From an uncultured Chitinophagales bacterium (lineage in GTDB: Bacteria > Bacteroidota > Rhodothermia > Balneolales > CAYWCV01): a stretch of 54,284 nucleotides of DNA. A model generated the notes under the pieces. That model did no database searches. It was not told where the DNA came from and saw nothing but the letters and a program-made list of their open reading frames with translations. Position 1 is the stretch's first letter, and every line of letters begins with the position of its first letter. Shown piece by piece: positions 26,322 through 36,523 of this stretch. The stretch is taken from NCBI GenBank assembly GCA_964640035.1, contig CAZXGO010000005.1:8997-63280 (forward strand). The letters are read 5' to 3'. The position numbers and the translations under genes are program-made.

Positions 26322-28781
26322 TTATTTGACGGCCGTTGTTTCCCAAATCTCTCTGGCATAGTCAGCTATTGTACGATCTGAACTGAATTTGCCAATGCGA
26401 GCCACATTTAACACCGCTTTCTCGTACCATAAAGATGGGTCAGCATATACCTGTTCTACTGCAGCTTGTGCGCGTAAGTAGTCAGCATAGTCGGCCAGAA
26501 CCATAAAATAATCGCCTTCTTCAAGGAGAGCGTGAGTGATAGCATGGAATAGATCCGGATTTTCAGGGGAAAAGAACCCACTTTGGATTTGTTCTATGAT
26601 TTTGGCTAACTCAGGATGATGACTCACGTAATCATGAGGATTATATCCACTCTGGCGAAGTTCCTGAACATCGTCTACCCGTAATCCAAAAATAAACATA
26701 TGTTCTTCCCCGATCTCTTCACTCATCTCGACATTTGCCCCATCCATGGTACCAATGGTTAAGGCACCATTGAGAGCGAATTTCATATTACCAGTTCCAG
26801 ATGCCTCCATACCGGCGGTTGATATCTGCTCGGATAGATCGGTAGCTGGAATCATGAGCTCAGCCAGGCTAACATTATAATTGCCTAAAAAGATAACCTT
26901 GAGCTTATCTCCAACATCAGGGTCATTATTGATTTTTTCCGCGACAGCATTAATCAATTTGATGTGCAACTTTGCCATCACATAACCCGGTGCCGCTTTT
27001 CCACCAAAAAGTATGGTTCTCGCTTGGAACGGTGCTAAAGGATTCGATTTAATTCTGTTGTACAACGTGATGGCATGAAAAATAGCCAACAGTTGGCGCT
27101 TATACTCATGAATACGTTTGATTTGAATGTCAAAAATCGAATCAATATTTAGTCTTATACACTTCTTTTTAAAGACATAATCAGCCAGCGCTTGCTTGTT
27201 GAGCCTCTTGACGGTTGCAAATTCCTTTCTGAACGATGCTTTTTTAGAAAATGGCTCCAGATTTTTAAGCGCATATAAATCGTGATGCCAATCAGAGCCG
27301 ACGGTCTTATTGATGAGAGATGACAAACGAGGATTACATTGATTTAACCAGCGTCGTTGGGTGATACCATTTGTCATATTAACGAACCTTTCGGGCCACA
27401 TTTCGTGAAAATCGTGGAAGATCGTCTTTTTAATCAGATCTGTGTGTAAAGCGGAGACGCCATTTACTTTATGCGACCCCACGATACCCAAGTTGGCCAT
27501 TTGGACCATAGGTTGTTCGCCCTCACTGATGATACTCATACGGCGAATGCGATTTATGTCTTCGCCAAAGTGGCTGCGAACGGCATTAAGAAATCGATTA
27601 TTGATTTCGAAAATAATTTGTAGGTGACGTGGCAGCAGGGTTCTCAGTAAACTCACAGGCCATTTTTCCAAGGCCTCAGGCAGGATGGTATGATTCGTAT
27701 AAGCGATCGTGCGCGTTGTAATATCCCAACTCATATCCCAATCCAGACCTTCTAGATCCACCAGAATCCTCATTAATTCCGGGATGGCAAGATTTGGATG
27801 GGTATCGTTACATTGGATAGCCACTTTCTCCGGTAAAAGCCTAAAGTCGGAATACTCTTTCTTGAAGCGACGGATGATATCTTGTAGTGTAGCTGATACC
27901 AGGAAATACTCTTGTTTAAGACGTAACTCCATGCCAACAAAAACTTTGTCGTTTGGATACAATACCCGGGATATATTTTCCTGAAGCTCAATTTCCCGAA
28001 TCGCGTTTACGTAGTCACCTTGATTAAAGCAGTGTAAATCAATGGACTTTGATGCGCTTGCCTTCCATAGACGAAGGTTATTTACGACATCGTTCTGATA
28101 TCCTGGAACGGGGGTATCGTAAGCTACAGCAATTACATTCTCTGTATTGTGCCATTCAAAACGTAAGCGCCCTTTTTCATCCGTGGTAGTTACAACATCA
28201 CCATAGAACTCTACGGGATAGGTTAACTTAGGTCGTACCACATCCCAGGGGTTGCCAAATCGCAGCCAGAGATCTGGCGACTCAACCTGGAAACCGTCTA
28301 TAATTTTTTGGTAAAACATGCCATAATCGTACCGTATGCCATATCCGTAACCAGGCAAACCCATTGTTGCCATCGAGTCTAGGAAACAGGCTGCCAGGCG
28401 TCCCAGGCCTCCGTTTCCGAGACCGGCATCACGCTCGGCATTACGTAATTCTTCATAGTCAAAGCCGATTTTTTCAAGGGCTTCAATGATCTCGTCACGA
28501 ATACCCAGATTGAGTAGGGCATTATCGAGTTGACGTCCAATCAAATATTCCATTGAAATATAATAGACCCTCTTTACCCCTTTTTGATAATAGGTTTGTT
28601 GCGTTTCTATCCATTTATCGTGTAGACGATCTAATACTGTAAGTACTACACTCCGATAGCGATCCCAGTCTGTTGATGAAAACTGGTCTTTTGCCAGGGT
28701 ATATCGCATATGGTTTTGGATATCTTTAGCCAAGCTATCAACATCGTTTCCTGTGCGGGGTGACACGTGCTTTTTTGCCAT
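26322..28781 (-). CDS. glgP: Glycogen/starch/alpha-glucan phosphorylase
   Basis: GLGNGGLGRLAACF, NDTHP, IKRIHEYKRQ, EASGTGNMKF (PLP lysine). Confidence 0.98.
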   Translation of the reverse strand: MAKKHVSPRTGNDVDSLAKDIQNHMRYTLAKDQFSSTDWDRYRSVVLTVLDRLHDKWIETQQTYYQKGVKRVYYISMEYLIGRQLDNALLNLGIRDEIIEALEKIGFDYEELRNAERDAGLGNGGLGRLAACFLDSMATMGLPGYGYGIRYDYGMFYQKIIDGFQVESPDLWLRFGNPWDVVRPKLTYPVEFYGDVVTTTDEKGRLRFEWHNTENVIAVAYDTPVPGYQNDVVNNLRLWKASASKSIDLHCFNQGDYVNAIREIELQENISRVLYPNDKVFVGMELRLKQEYFLVSATLQDIIRRFKKEYSDFRLLPEKVAIQCNDTHPNLAIPELMRILVDLEGLDWDMSWDITTRTIAYTNHTILPEALEKWPVSLLRTLLPRHLQIIFEINNRFLNAVRSHFGEDINRIRRMSIISEGEQPMVQMANLGIVGSHKVNGVSALHTDLIKKTIFHDFHEMWPERFVNMTNGITQRRWLNQCNPRLSSLINKTVGSDWHHDLYALKNLEPFSKKASFRKEFATVKRLNKQALADYVFKKKCIRLNIDSIFDIQIKRIHEYKRQLLAIFHAITLYNRIKSNPLAPFQARTILFGGKAAPGYVMAKLHIKLINAVAEKINNDPDVGDKLKVIFLGNYNVSLAELMIPATDLSEQISTAGMEASGTGNMKFALNGALTIGTMDGANVEMSEEIGEEHMFIFGLRVDDVQELRQSGYNPHDYVSHHPELAKIIEQIQSGFFSPENPDLFHAITHALLEEGDYFMVLADYADYLRAQAAVEQVYADPSLWYEKAVLNVARIGKFSSDRTIADYAREIWETTAVK

Positions 28782-28825
28782 AATAGAATCGCCGTCTAAA
28801 GGGGGTGTAGATAATAGTTCACTCT

Positions 28826-28872
28826 GAAAGAGAAAAAATACCGATTTTCATGCAATATGATTGTGAAAATCG
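28826..28872 (-). promoter_or_regulatory. Inverted repeat upstream of glgP (terminator of cca-ispE, or operator/promoter of glgP)
   Basis: CGATTTTCA (28842-28850) N13 TGAAAATCG (28864-28872), followed on the minus strand by GTATTTTTTCTCTTTC. Confidence 0.5.
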
Positions 28873-28884
28873 ATGGAAGCGGTT

Positions 28885-29766
28885 TCAGGATTCCTCGATA
28901 TAAACGCCCTGATCCGGGTTAAAACGAGGGCGCGTCAGATTGCATCTAAAGCCTAAATGTGTAAACGCATGCCATGCATTCAGAGCTACAAAATCCTGCT
29001 CAAATAATCCGAAAACAGAAGATCCGCTTCCTGACATTGCACTATAAATGGCTCCAAAATCCATCATTTGGTCTTTCATATCGCCAATCATAGGCCAGCT
29101 TACCATTACAGAGGGTTCGAGGTCGTTGGTAAGTAAGTATGACCACTCATCGAGCTCAATATCGCGTAAAATTGATTCTAGTTTCAGTTCATGATCCTCA
29201 TTTGGCTCACAGTAACGATAAGCATCAGCTGTACTACTCTGAAAATTTGGATATACAGTAAGTATCCATGCGTCTGGTTGGATATCGATCGGATGTAGCT
29301 CTGTACCGGTTCCATGACCAATAGCTGTAGATTGCATCAAAAAGAAAGGGACATCAGCACCAATTAGTGCGGCAGTATCCATCAAACGATCGATGTGGAT
29401 ATTTTTTTGTTCAATCTTATTCAACATACGTAACAAGGCAGCGGCATCCGTGCTACCGCCACCCAAACCGGCCCCTTGGGGGATCACTTTTTCGACATGA
29501 ATATCATAAGATTGAGAAAGACCATATTCATGAGCAAACAGTTTATATGCTTTTACTATCGTGTTTTGATCATCAATACGTAATTCAGGATCAGAAGTAT
29601 GAATCTTTGTTTGCCGTGCAGGGCGAATACGTATGGTATCGGCCCAATCGATATAGACAAAACCGGTTTCAATGGTATGATACCCATCTGGTCGTTTACC
29701 ATGCACAAATAAACCCAGATTAATCTTCGCAAAAGCTCTGGATACCCAATGATCAGTTGTTGTCAT
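28885..29766 (-). CDS. ispE: 4-(cytidine 5'-diphospho)-2-C-methyl-D-erythritol kinase
   Basis: AKINLGL, DGYH.IET, IPQGAGLGGGSTDAA, MSGSGSSVFG. Confidence 0.96.
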   Translation of the reverse strand: MTTTDHWVSRAFAKINLGLFVHGKRPDGYHTIETGFVYIDWADTIRIRPARQTKIHTSDPELRIDDQNTIVKAYKLFAHEYGLSQSYDIHVEKVIPQGAGLGGGSTDAAALLRMLNKIEQKNIHIDRLMDTAALIGADVPFFLMQSTAIGHGTGTELHPIDIQPDAWILTVYPNFQSSTADAYRYCEPNEDHELKLESILRDIELDEWSYLLTNDLEPSVMVSWPMIGDMKDQMMDFGAIYSAMSGSGSSVFGLFEQDFVALNAWHAFTHLGFRCNLTRPRFNPDQGVYIEES

Positions 29767-31186
29767 GAAAGTCTCGTAATAATTCGTCTTTATGTTCCAT
29801 CATGAACGCAAAAGCAGCATCATGCTCGTTTGGAATATCCCCGTTTAAAATAGCCTCTTCAATGGCCTTTTTGATTACACCAACGGCTCTTCCAGGTTTA
29901 AGGCCAAGTGTGTCCATAATTTCAATACCATCAACAGGAGGCTGCCAGTTTCGCAGACGATCTTTCTCTTCTACCTCTATGATTTTCTCAGCTACTCGAT
30001 CAAAATTCTTCAGATAGCGATTCACCTTCTCATGGTTTTTAGAGGTGATATCTGCTCTGCAAAGGGTCATTAAGTCGTCAATATCATTCCCAGTGTCAAA
30101 AATAAGACGACGAATAGCGCTGTCGGTCACAATCTCACTAGCTAAAGCAATGGGTCGAAGGTGTAAGCGTACCAACTTAGCTACATATTTCATGCGCTCA
30201 TCCATGGGTAGACCAAAACGCCGAAATATCGATTTTACCCAACGTGCACCCAGGGCATCATGCCCATGAAAGGTCCAACCCTCTTTGGGATCAAAGCGTT
30301 TTGTTGGAGGCTTTGCAATATCATGAAGCAGTGCGGCCCAACGCAACCAAAGGTCATTCGTTCGTTGACTGATATTATCCACGACCTCGAGAGTATGCCA
30401 GAAGTTATCTTTGTGCCGATGTCCGTTTACTTCGTCCACTCCCTGCAGATTGTGCAATTCTGGGAAAATGATCTTCAATAGTCCGGTTTTAAAGAGCATC
30501 GAAAACGGAAGGGATGGTTTTTCGCACAACAACATTTTATTCAGCTCATCGGTAATCCGTTCCTGTGAGATGATCTTAATTCGCTCTGCACATGCTTTTA
30601 TTCCGGCATAGGTAGGTTCGTCGATTGTAAAATTTAATTGACCCGCAAAACGTATAGCACGTAACATCCGTAGTGGATCATCATCAAAGGTGATCATGGG
30701 ATCGATAGGAGTACGAAGAACACCTTGATGTAGGTCCTGAATACCCCCAAATGGATCAAGCAAAAGGCCAAAGTCCTCTTTATTTAGCGACCATGACAAA
30801 GCGTTGATCGTAAAATCACGACGCTGTTGATCATCTTCAAGTGTTCCATCTTCGACGATGGGTTTTCGGGACTCTCTTCGGTAGCTCTCTCTGCGTGCCC
30901 CCACAAATTCTACAGACATCCGATCGTAATTGAAATGAGCTGTTCCAAATTGTTTGTACTCATTCACGGGTCCGGCACCAAGATCTTTAGCTACTTGTGC
31001 AGCTAGTTTCACACCCGACCCAATCGTCATGATATCAATATCGGCAAGCCCTTCGCTATTCAAACGACCAAGATAATAGTCACGAACAAAACCACCGACG
31101 ACATACGCCTTGTAGCCTAGCTTATCAGCTGCTGCCGAAATAACGCTGAACAAATGCTGGTAGGAAGGGCTTAGATCGGAAAACAT
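29753..31186 (-). CDS. cca: CCA tRNA nucleotidyltransferase / polyA polymerase family with HD domain
   Basis: VGGFVRD, DIDI, RRDFTINA, DDPLRMLRA.RF, LLHDIAKP. Confidence 0.92.
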   Translation of the reverse strand: MFSDLSPSYQHLFSVISAAADKLGYKAYVVGGFVRDYYLGRLNSEGLADIDIMTIGSGVKLAAQVAKDLGAGPVNEYKQFGTAHFNYDRMSVEFVGARRESYRRESRKPIVEDGTLEDDQQRRDFTINALSWSLNKEDFGLLLDPFGGIQDLHQGVLRTPIDPMITFDDDPLRMLRAIRFAGQLNFTIDEPTYAGIKACAERIKIISQERITDELNKMLLCEKPSLPFSMLFKTGLLKIIFPELHNLQGVDEVNGHRHKDNFWHTLEVVDNISQRTNDLWLRWAALLHDIAKPPTKRFDPKEGWTFHGHDALGARWVKSIFRRFGLPMDERMKYVAKLVRLHLRPIALASEIVTDSAIRRLIFDTGNDIDDLMTLCRADITSKNHEKVNRYLKNFDRVAEKIIEVEEKDRLRNWQPPVDGIEIMDTLGLKPGRAVGVIKKAIEEAILNGDIPNEHDAAFAFMMEHKDELLRDFHDNN

Positions 31187-31298
31187 AATGGGTCAATACA
31201 AAAATAGATACGATCAGGTCTTCCTTGGGTCAAACATTGCACTAAATATAGCCCAACAGGTAGAAGAATAAAAAAGAGCAGCGTGGATCTTTATATAT

Positions 31299-32981
31299 TT
31301 GGAGCTAACGATCCAAAATTTCGGGAATCAATACGTGCCTATACCCCTCAACTGGTACTACTATTTAATCGATGTATTGAGCGTGATGTTCATTTACATC
31401 ATGGCTCGACACATTCTTGCCAGAACGCTCTTCTTTTTGCAGATTTTCCAACAAAAAGGGTACAAACCGAAAGAGTATTACTCCTGGACCCGTTCCCAGT
31501 ACACAACCCTAGTGCATCCAATCTCAAAATCACTCATGAGTATCCTTGTGGTACTCCTGAGCTTGTTTAGAGATCATTTAACCGCATCTGCAACCACTAT
31601 TATCTTGTTCATCCTTGTACTCTTCTGGTACACGTTTGACACTCGTTATAGTCGTGATCAATCCAAAAAGCCACTTGCGTACACGCCTCGATTGATACGC
31701 ATGTTGTTTGTTCAATCGCTGTTCGTTTTTCTGCCTCCATTGGTGGGAAGCTACTACATGTTCATGACGACGGAGTTTTTATTCGATATATATGGCCTTG
31801 CGCTTGTTTGGGTGCTTTCGGATCTGTTTGTCCCATACCTTGTATTTGTCTCAGCTAAGATACTATCACCTGTAGAAGAGTCCATTCAACGTGGGTTTAT
31901 CCAAAAAGCGAAGGACAAACTGGAGCGCCTACCCCATATCAAAATTATTGCTATTACTGGGAGCTATGGGAAAACGAGCACAAAATTTATTCTACGTGAT
32001 ATACTCAAACAACGATATAATGTTTGCTCGACTCCTGGTAGTTATAATACGCCTATGGGTATTACCAAGGTGATCAATGAAGATCTGGATGCCTCTCATG
32101 AATTACTCATCCTTGAAATGGGAGCACGTTATCCCGGTAATATTGATGAGCTATGCGATATTGCTCGACCGGACATCAGCGTAGTAACGAATGTCGGTAT
32201 TGCTCACCTTGAAACCTTTGGAAGTGTTGAGGCCATCCGAAAAACGAAAGAGGGAATCGTTCGAAATGTTGCCCCAGGAGGCTTCGTTGTGCTAAACGCC
32301 GATAACGAACACGTGATGAAAATGACTGTTCGTGAAGATTGTCAATTAATGACTGCCGGTCTTGAATCCGGCGACATTAGAGCTCGTGATATGTATTACG
32401 ATGAGGATGGATGTAGTTTTACGGTAAGCCTTCCGGATGGATCGGAAGGAAGAGTTAAAACGCGATTGTTAGGCGCTCATAATGTTCTAAATATTCTACA
32501 AGGCTTAGCCGTAGGTTCCCACTTAGGGATGCGTTTAGCTACAATGATTCATGCCATCAAGGATATTCAACCCGTAGAACATCGTTTAGAGCTAAAAAAA
32601 CAAGGCTCTATCATCATTATTGATGATGCGTTTAACTCCAATCCGATCGGAGCGGCGAATGCTGTACGTGTTTTATCTCAATTCAAGACAGGTCGTAGGG
32701 TTATTGTTACCCCTGGTATGGTTGAATTGGGTGAGTTAGAGGAGAAAGAAAACTATGCTTTTGGGGAAGCAATAGGCCGGGCCAAGCTTGATTGGATTAT
32801 TCTTGTGGGACCAGAACGCTCGAAACCGATTCATCAAGGTATTCTTGCAGGAGGGGAACAAGCAGACAAGGTTACGGTAGTTAAAACGCTTTTTGAAGCA
32901 AATAACCTGCTCAAAGATTGGCTTCAAGCTGGCGACGTTGTTCTCTACGAGAACGATCTACCAGACACCTACAATGAGTAA
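31299..32981 (+). CDS. murF: UDP-N-acetylmuramoyl-tripeptide--D-alanyl-D-alanine ligase with N-terminal membrane domain
   Basis: ITGSYGKTSTK, SYNT.MG, EMGA, HLETFGS, IDDAFNSNP. The first ~190 aa are multi-TM. True start may be GTG 31335 because TTG 31299 lies inside a TATATTTG box. Confidence 0.85.
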   Translation: MELTIQNFGNQYVPIPLNWYYYLIDVLSVMFIYIMARHILARTLFFLQIFQQKGYKPKEYYSWTRSQYTTLVHPISKSLMSILVVLLSLFRDHLTASATTIILFILVLFWYTFDTRYSRDQSKKPLAYTPRLIRMLFVQSLFVFLPPLVGSYYMFMTTEFLFDIYGLALVWVLSDLFVPYLVFVSAKILSPVEESIQRGFIQKAKDKLERLPHIKIIAITGSYGKTSTKFILRDILKQRYNVCSTPGSYNTPMGITKVINEDLDASHELLILEMGARYPGNIDELCDIARPDISVVTNVGIAHLETFGSVEAIRKTKEGIVRNVAPGGFVVLNADNEHVMKMTVREDCQLMTAGLESGDIRARDMYYDEDGCSFTVSLPDGSEGRVKTRLLGAHNVLNILQGLAVGSHLGMRLATMIHAIKDIQPVEHRLELKKQGSIIIIDDAFNSNPIGAANAVRVLSQFKTGRRVIVTPGMVELGELEEKENYAFGEAIGRAKLDWIILVGPERSKPIHQGILAGGEQADKVTVVKTLFEANNLLKDWLQAGDVVLYENDLPDTYNE

Positions 32982-32982
32982 T

Positions 32983-34215
32983 CTATTCGTAGCGAATAGC
33001 ATCAGAAGGTAGAATGCTCGCTGCGCGTTTAGCTGGATATGCTGCCGCCAGAAGACACAGGCTCATTGTAACAATTAGTATTGCAGCAATGTCGGTCCAC
33101 TGAATCAATATCGGATAGGTATCAATTAAAAAAGCGGCAGAACCCGATAGTTTTACAATACCCCATATATCTTGAGCCTGCGCTACACCTATTCCAATGC
33201 TCCCTCCCAGAATGCTCCCAATTAGTCCAATATATAGGCCCTGAAGCATAAAGATGGAGCGCACTTGTTGTGTTGTGAATCCCATGCTCATTAATATGCC
33301 AATATCACGTTGCTTTTGAATAACGATCATGGTCAATGAACCAACAATATTCAACACGGCCACGGCAACAATCAGGCTTAAAATCACATAGGCTGCCCAT
33401 TTTTCCAGATTCATGATATCATACAAGGGCTTTTGAAGATCATACCAGGTGCTAAATCGATAGACTTCTCCCCAATCTGCTTCCAATTGTGCTTTGATAT
33501 GCTCTGCATCATCGGCTGACTCAAGGCGGATATCATAACCCGATATGGTATTTTTGAGGTTGAACAAACGTTGTGCCGCTTTCAGGTCTACAAATACTAT
33601 AGAGCCATCGAAAACAGATGCCAGGGAGTACATACCCCGAAGCTCAAAATTATAGTATCTAGGACCTGAAAACTGGGTCAAGGATCTACGAACCCCATCC
33701 GGACTCAACAGTGCGATACGATCTCCGGGAACAATATTCAATAGCGCTCTAAGATCATCACCGATAAAGATGCCTGGTCTTTGGTTCCGAACCCCAAGAT
33801 CAGGGACGACAATATTACCGAGTCGCTCTTGCTCTATCAAAGGGAAATAGGTATTTGTTTCTATACCCTTCACGACCACAACTTTATCTCTGGTACCTTC
33901 GTAGGCCAGCAAACTTTTACCCTCTACATAAGGACTTACGTTTACGACGCCAGGGATATTTTTAAGCGACGACACAAATGAAGTGTCAATGCGAAACGAA
34001 GGGGCAGTATTCGATTCAACTCGAATATCTGGATCATAGGTTTTCAATAAACCATTTATCACGTCAAAGAAGCCATTGAAAACAGATAAAACGATGATCA
34101 ACAGGGCAGTTCCAAGAGTCACACCGGCAATACTAATCATTGTCAATGTCGAGATCAGGGAGACCCGTTTCTTTGAAAAAAGATACCGTTTGGCTATGTT
34201 TTTAGTTAGATTCAC
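32983..34215 (-). CDS. LolC/LolE-family (FtsX-like) ABC transporter permease
   Basis: IAKRYLFSKK...LIIVLSVFNGF, EK...ILSLIVAVAVLNI, DIGIL.SMG, YPAKRAA...P.DAIRYE. GTG 34215 preferred over the ORF-track start 34275, which overlaps glgB. Confidence 0.88.
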   Translation of the reverse strand: MNLTKNIAKRYLFSKKRVSLISTLTMISIAGVTLGTALLIIVLSVFNGFFDVINGLLKTYDPDIRVESNTAPSFRIDTSFVSSLKNIPGVVNVSPYVEGKSLLAYEGTRDKVVVVKGIETNTYFPLIEQERLGNIVVPDLGVRNQRPGIFIGDDLRALLNIVPGDRIALLSPDGVRRSLTQFSGPRYYNFELRGMYSLASVFDGSIVFVDLKAAQRLFNLKNTISGYDIRLESADDAEHIKAQLEADWGEVYRFSTWYDLQKPLYDIMNLEKWAAYVILSLIVAVAVLNIVGSLTMIVIQKQRDIGILMSMGFTTQQVRSIFMLQGLYIGLIGSILGGSIGIGVAQAQDIWGIVKLSGSAAFLIDTYPILIQWTDIAAILIVTMSLCLLAAAYPAKRAASILPSDAIRYE

Positions 34216-34218
34216 ACT

Positions 34219-34228
34219 CAAAGATACG
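34219..34228 (-). promoter_or_regulatory. Bacteroidota-type -7 promoter box CGTATCTTTG
   Basis: Exact TAnnTTTG match on the minus strand, ending 3 nt before GTG 34215. Confidence 0.55.
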
Positions 34229-34264
34229 CAAATGACAGTGTGAAGGTGCAAGTCCGGAAAGTCT

Positions 34265-36487
34265 GTGCGTATCACAACCCCAAATCATCCAGCAGCGGTG
34301 AAAACAACTATAAGTAATTGGGATATTGATGCCATCGTCAGAGGTGTGCACCCTAATCCCTTTTCTGTGCTCGGTTGCCATGGAGTAAAGGGTAAAAAGG
34401 TTGCATATCGGGTATTTCGCCCCGGAGCTAAACGTATCAGCATTCATACATCTGGTAAAGAGATTTTTCTACATCAAATCCATGAACAGGGTTTGTTTGA
34501 AGGACTGACAAGCGGAAAACAAACTCAGGACTATGAGGTATCTGTTGATTATGATGATACCAACACACATCGCTTTAGGGATCCCTATTCTTTTTCAACC
34601 GGCATCACCTCGTTTGATTTGCAGCTATGGGGGGAAGGAAATCATGTAAAATCCTGGAAGTTCATGGGAGCTCACTATCGTGAGTTTGAGGGTGTTTTGG
34701 GAACACATTTTGTTGTATCTGCACCTAGTGCCAGCCGAGTAAGTGTTGTTGGGTCCTTTAATCATTGGGACGGGCGAGTTCATTGTATGCGACGCTACTA
34801 TGATCAGGGTCTTTGGGAAATATTTATCCCTGAGGTACATCCTGGTCAGGTGTATAAATATGAGATCTCGTCGCCACACACCAATTTTCCAGTCCTCAAA
34901 TCGGATCCCTATGGGCAAGCCTCTGAGGTCCGACCCAATACGGCCTCCATCGTAACGGGGAAATCTGCGTATACCTGGAACGACTCAGGCTGGCTTCTCC
35001 AGCGAGAAGATAAGTCCCTTTTAGATCAACCACTATCCATATATGAACTGCATCTTGGATCCTGGCGACGGGCTGCAGATCGAGAACCGGCCTTTTTAAC
35101 CTACAGGGAGATCGCCGATCAATTGGTGCCCTACGTAGAGGAAATGGGTTATACTCATGTGGAAATATTACCCATAACCGAGCACCCCTATGACCCCTCG
35201 TGGGGGTACCAGACTACGGGGTATTATGCCCCAACGAGTAGGTATGGTTCCGCCGACGATCTGCGATATTTTGTGGATCGATGCCATCAATCCGGTATTG
35301 GAGTCATCCTGGATTGGGTTCCGGCTCATTTCGCTAAAGATGCCCATGGACTACGAATGTTTGATGGTACGCACCTATACGAGCATGCGGACCCCCGCCA
35401 GGGTGAGCACCGTGATTGGGGCACCCTAATTTTTAACTTTGGGCGGACCGAAGTCGTCAATTTTTTACTCTCTAACGCCCTGTATTGGTGTGAAGAGTTT
35501 CATATCGATGGACTCCGAGTAGACGCGGTGGCTTCTATGCTCTATCTGGATTATTCTCGAAATGATGGAGATTGGATCCCAAATAAGTATGGTGGACGCG
35601 AAAATCTCGAGGCAATTCAGTTTCTGAAGCGATTCAACGAAGTGGTACATGAAGCATTTCCAGGGTGTATAACTATGGCTGAAGAATCAACCTCATGGCC
35701 AATGGTTTCAAAGCCCAGCTATCTTGGTGGATTAGGATTCGATTTCAAATGGAACATGGGTTGGATGAACGATACACTCGAATACATCCAAAAAGATCCA
35801 ATACATCGAAAATATCATCATCACAAACTTACATTTTCGATGATGTATGCTTTCAGTGAAAATTTTGTTCTTCCGTTTTCTCACGACGAGGTCGTTCACT
35901 TGAAAAAAGCAATGTTAACGAAGATGCCCGGGGATGAATGGCAACGGTTTGCAAACTTACGCATACTATATGCCTACCAATATGCACATCCTGGAAAGAA
36001 GCTCTTATTCATGGGCTCTGAATTTGGCCAATGGGGAGAATGGAATTGCGAAGAAGAACTTCATTGGGCTCTTTTGGGTAATCTGGCTCACGCTCAATTA
36101 AAAGATTTCATTTCTACACTTAATCAGGTTTACAGAACAACATCAAGTTTGTTTGAAGTTGATTTTGATTGGACTGGATTCCAGTGGATTGATTTGCATG
36201 ACGCCGATCATAGTATTCTATCGTTTGCTCGCTTCTCAAAAAATAGAGAACAGTATGTGATCTGTGTATTTAACTTTACACCAGTTGTTCATCATGACTA
36301 TAAAGTGGGAGTTCCGGATGTTGGCTTGTTCAAAACACTCATCAACTCCGATGATCACCGATTTGGAGGAAGTGGAATTGGCTCGGAAATATATCAAAGT
36401 ATAGAGGGTGAAATGCATGGTCAACCTGCATATCTTCCTTTGATGCTTCCCCCACTTGGAGCCATCATTCTTGAAAAACAATCTTAA
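34265..36487 (+). CDS. glgB: 1,4-alpha-glucan branching enzyme
   Basis: [55 protein letters not shown]. Confidence 0.98.
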   Translation: MRITTPNHPAAVKTTISNWDIDAIVRGVHPNPFSVLGCHGVKGKKVAYRVFRPGAKRISIHTSGKEIFLHQIHEQGLFEGLTSGKQTQDYEVSVDYDDTNTHRFRDPYSFSTGITSFDLQLWGEGNHVKSWKFMGAHYREFEGVLGTHFVVSAPSASRVSVVGSFNHWDGRVHCMRRYYDQGLWEIFIPEVHPGQVYKYEISSPHTNFPVLKSDPYGQASEVRPNTASIVTGKSAYTWNDSGWLLQREDKSLLDQPLSIYELHLGSWRRAADREPAFLTYREIADQLVPYVEEMGYTHVEILPITEHPYDPSWGYQTTGYYAPTSRYGSADDLRYFVDRCHQSGIGVILDWVPAHFAKDAHGLRMFDGTHLYEHADPRQGEHRDWGTLIFNFGRTEVVNFLLSNALYWCEEFHIDGLRVDAVASMLYLDYSRNDGDWIPNKYGGRENLEAIQFLKRFNEVVHEAFPGCITMAEESTSWPMVSKPSYLGGLGFDFKWNMGWMNDTLEYIQKDPIHRKYHHHKLTFSMMYAFSENFVLPFSHDEVVHLKKAMLTKMPGDEWQRFANLRILYAYQYAHPGKKLLFMGSEFGQWGEWNCEEELHWALLGNLAHAQLKDFISTLNQVYRTTSSLFEVDFDWTGFQWIDLHDADHSILSFARFSKNREQYVICVFNFTPVVHHDYKVGVPDVGLFKTLINSDDHRFGGSGIGSEIYQSIEGEMHGQPAYLPLMLPPLGAIILEKQS

Positions 36488-36523
36488 TACAAACCAACAT
36501 TATAAGTACAGGCTCGGATAAGT

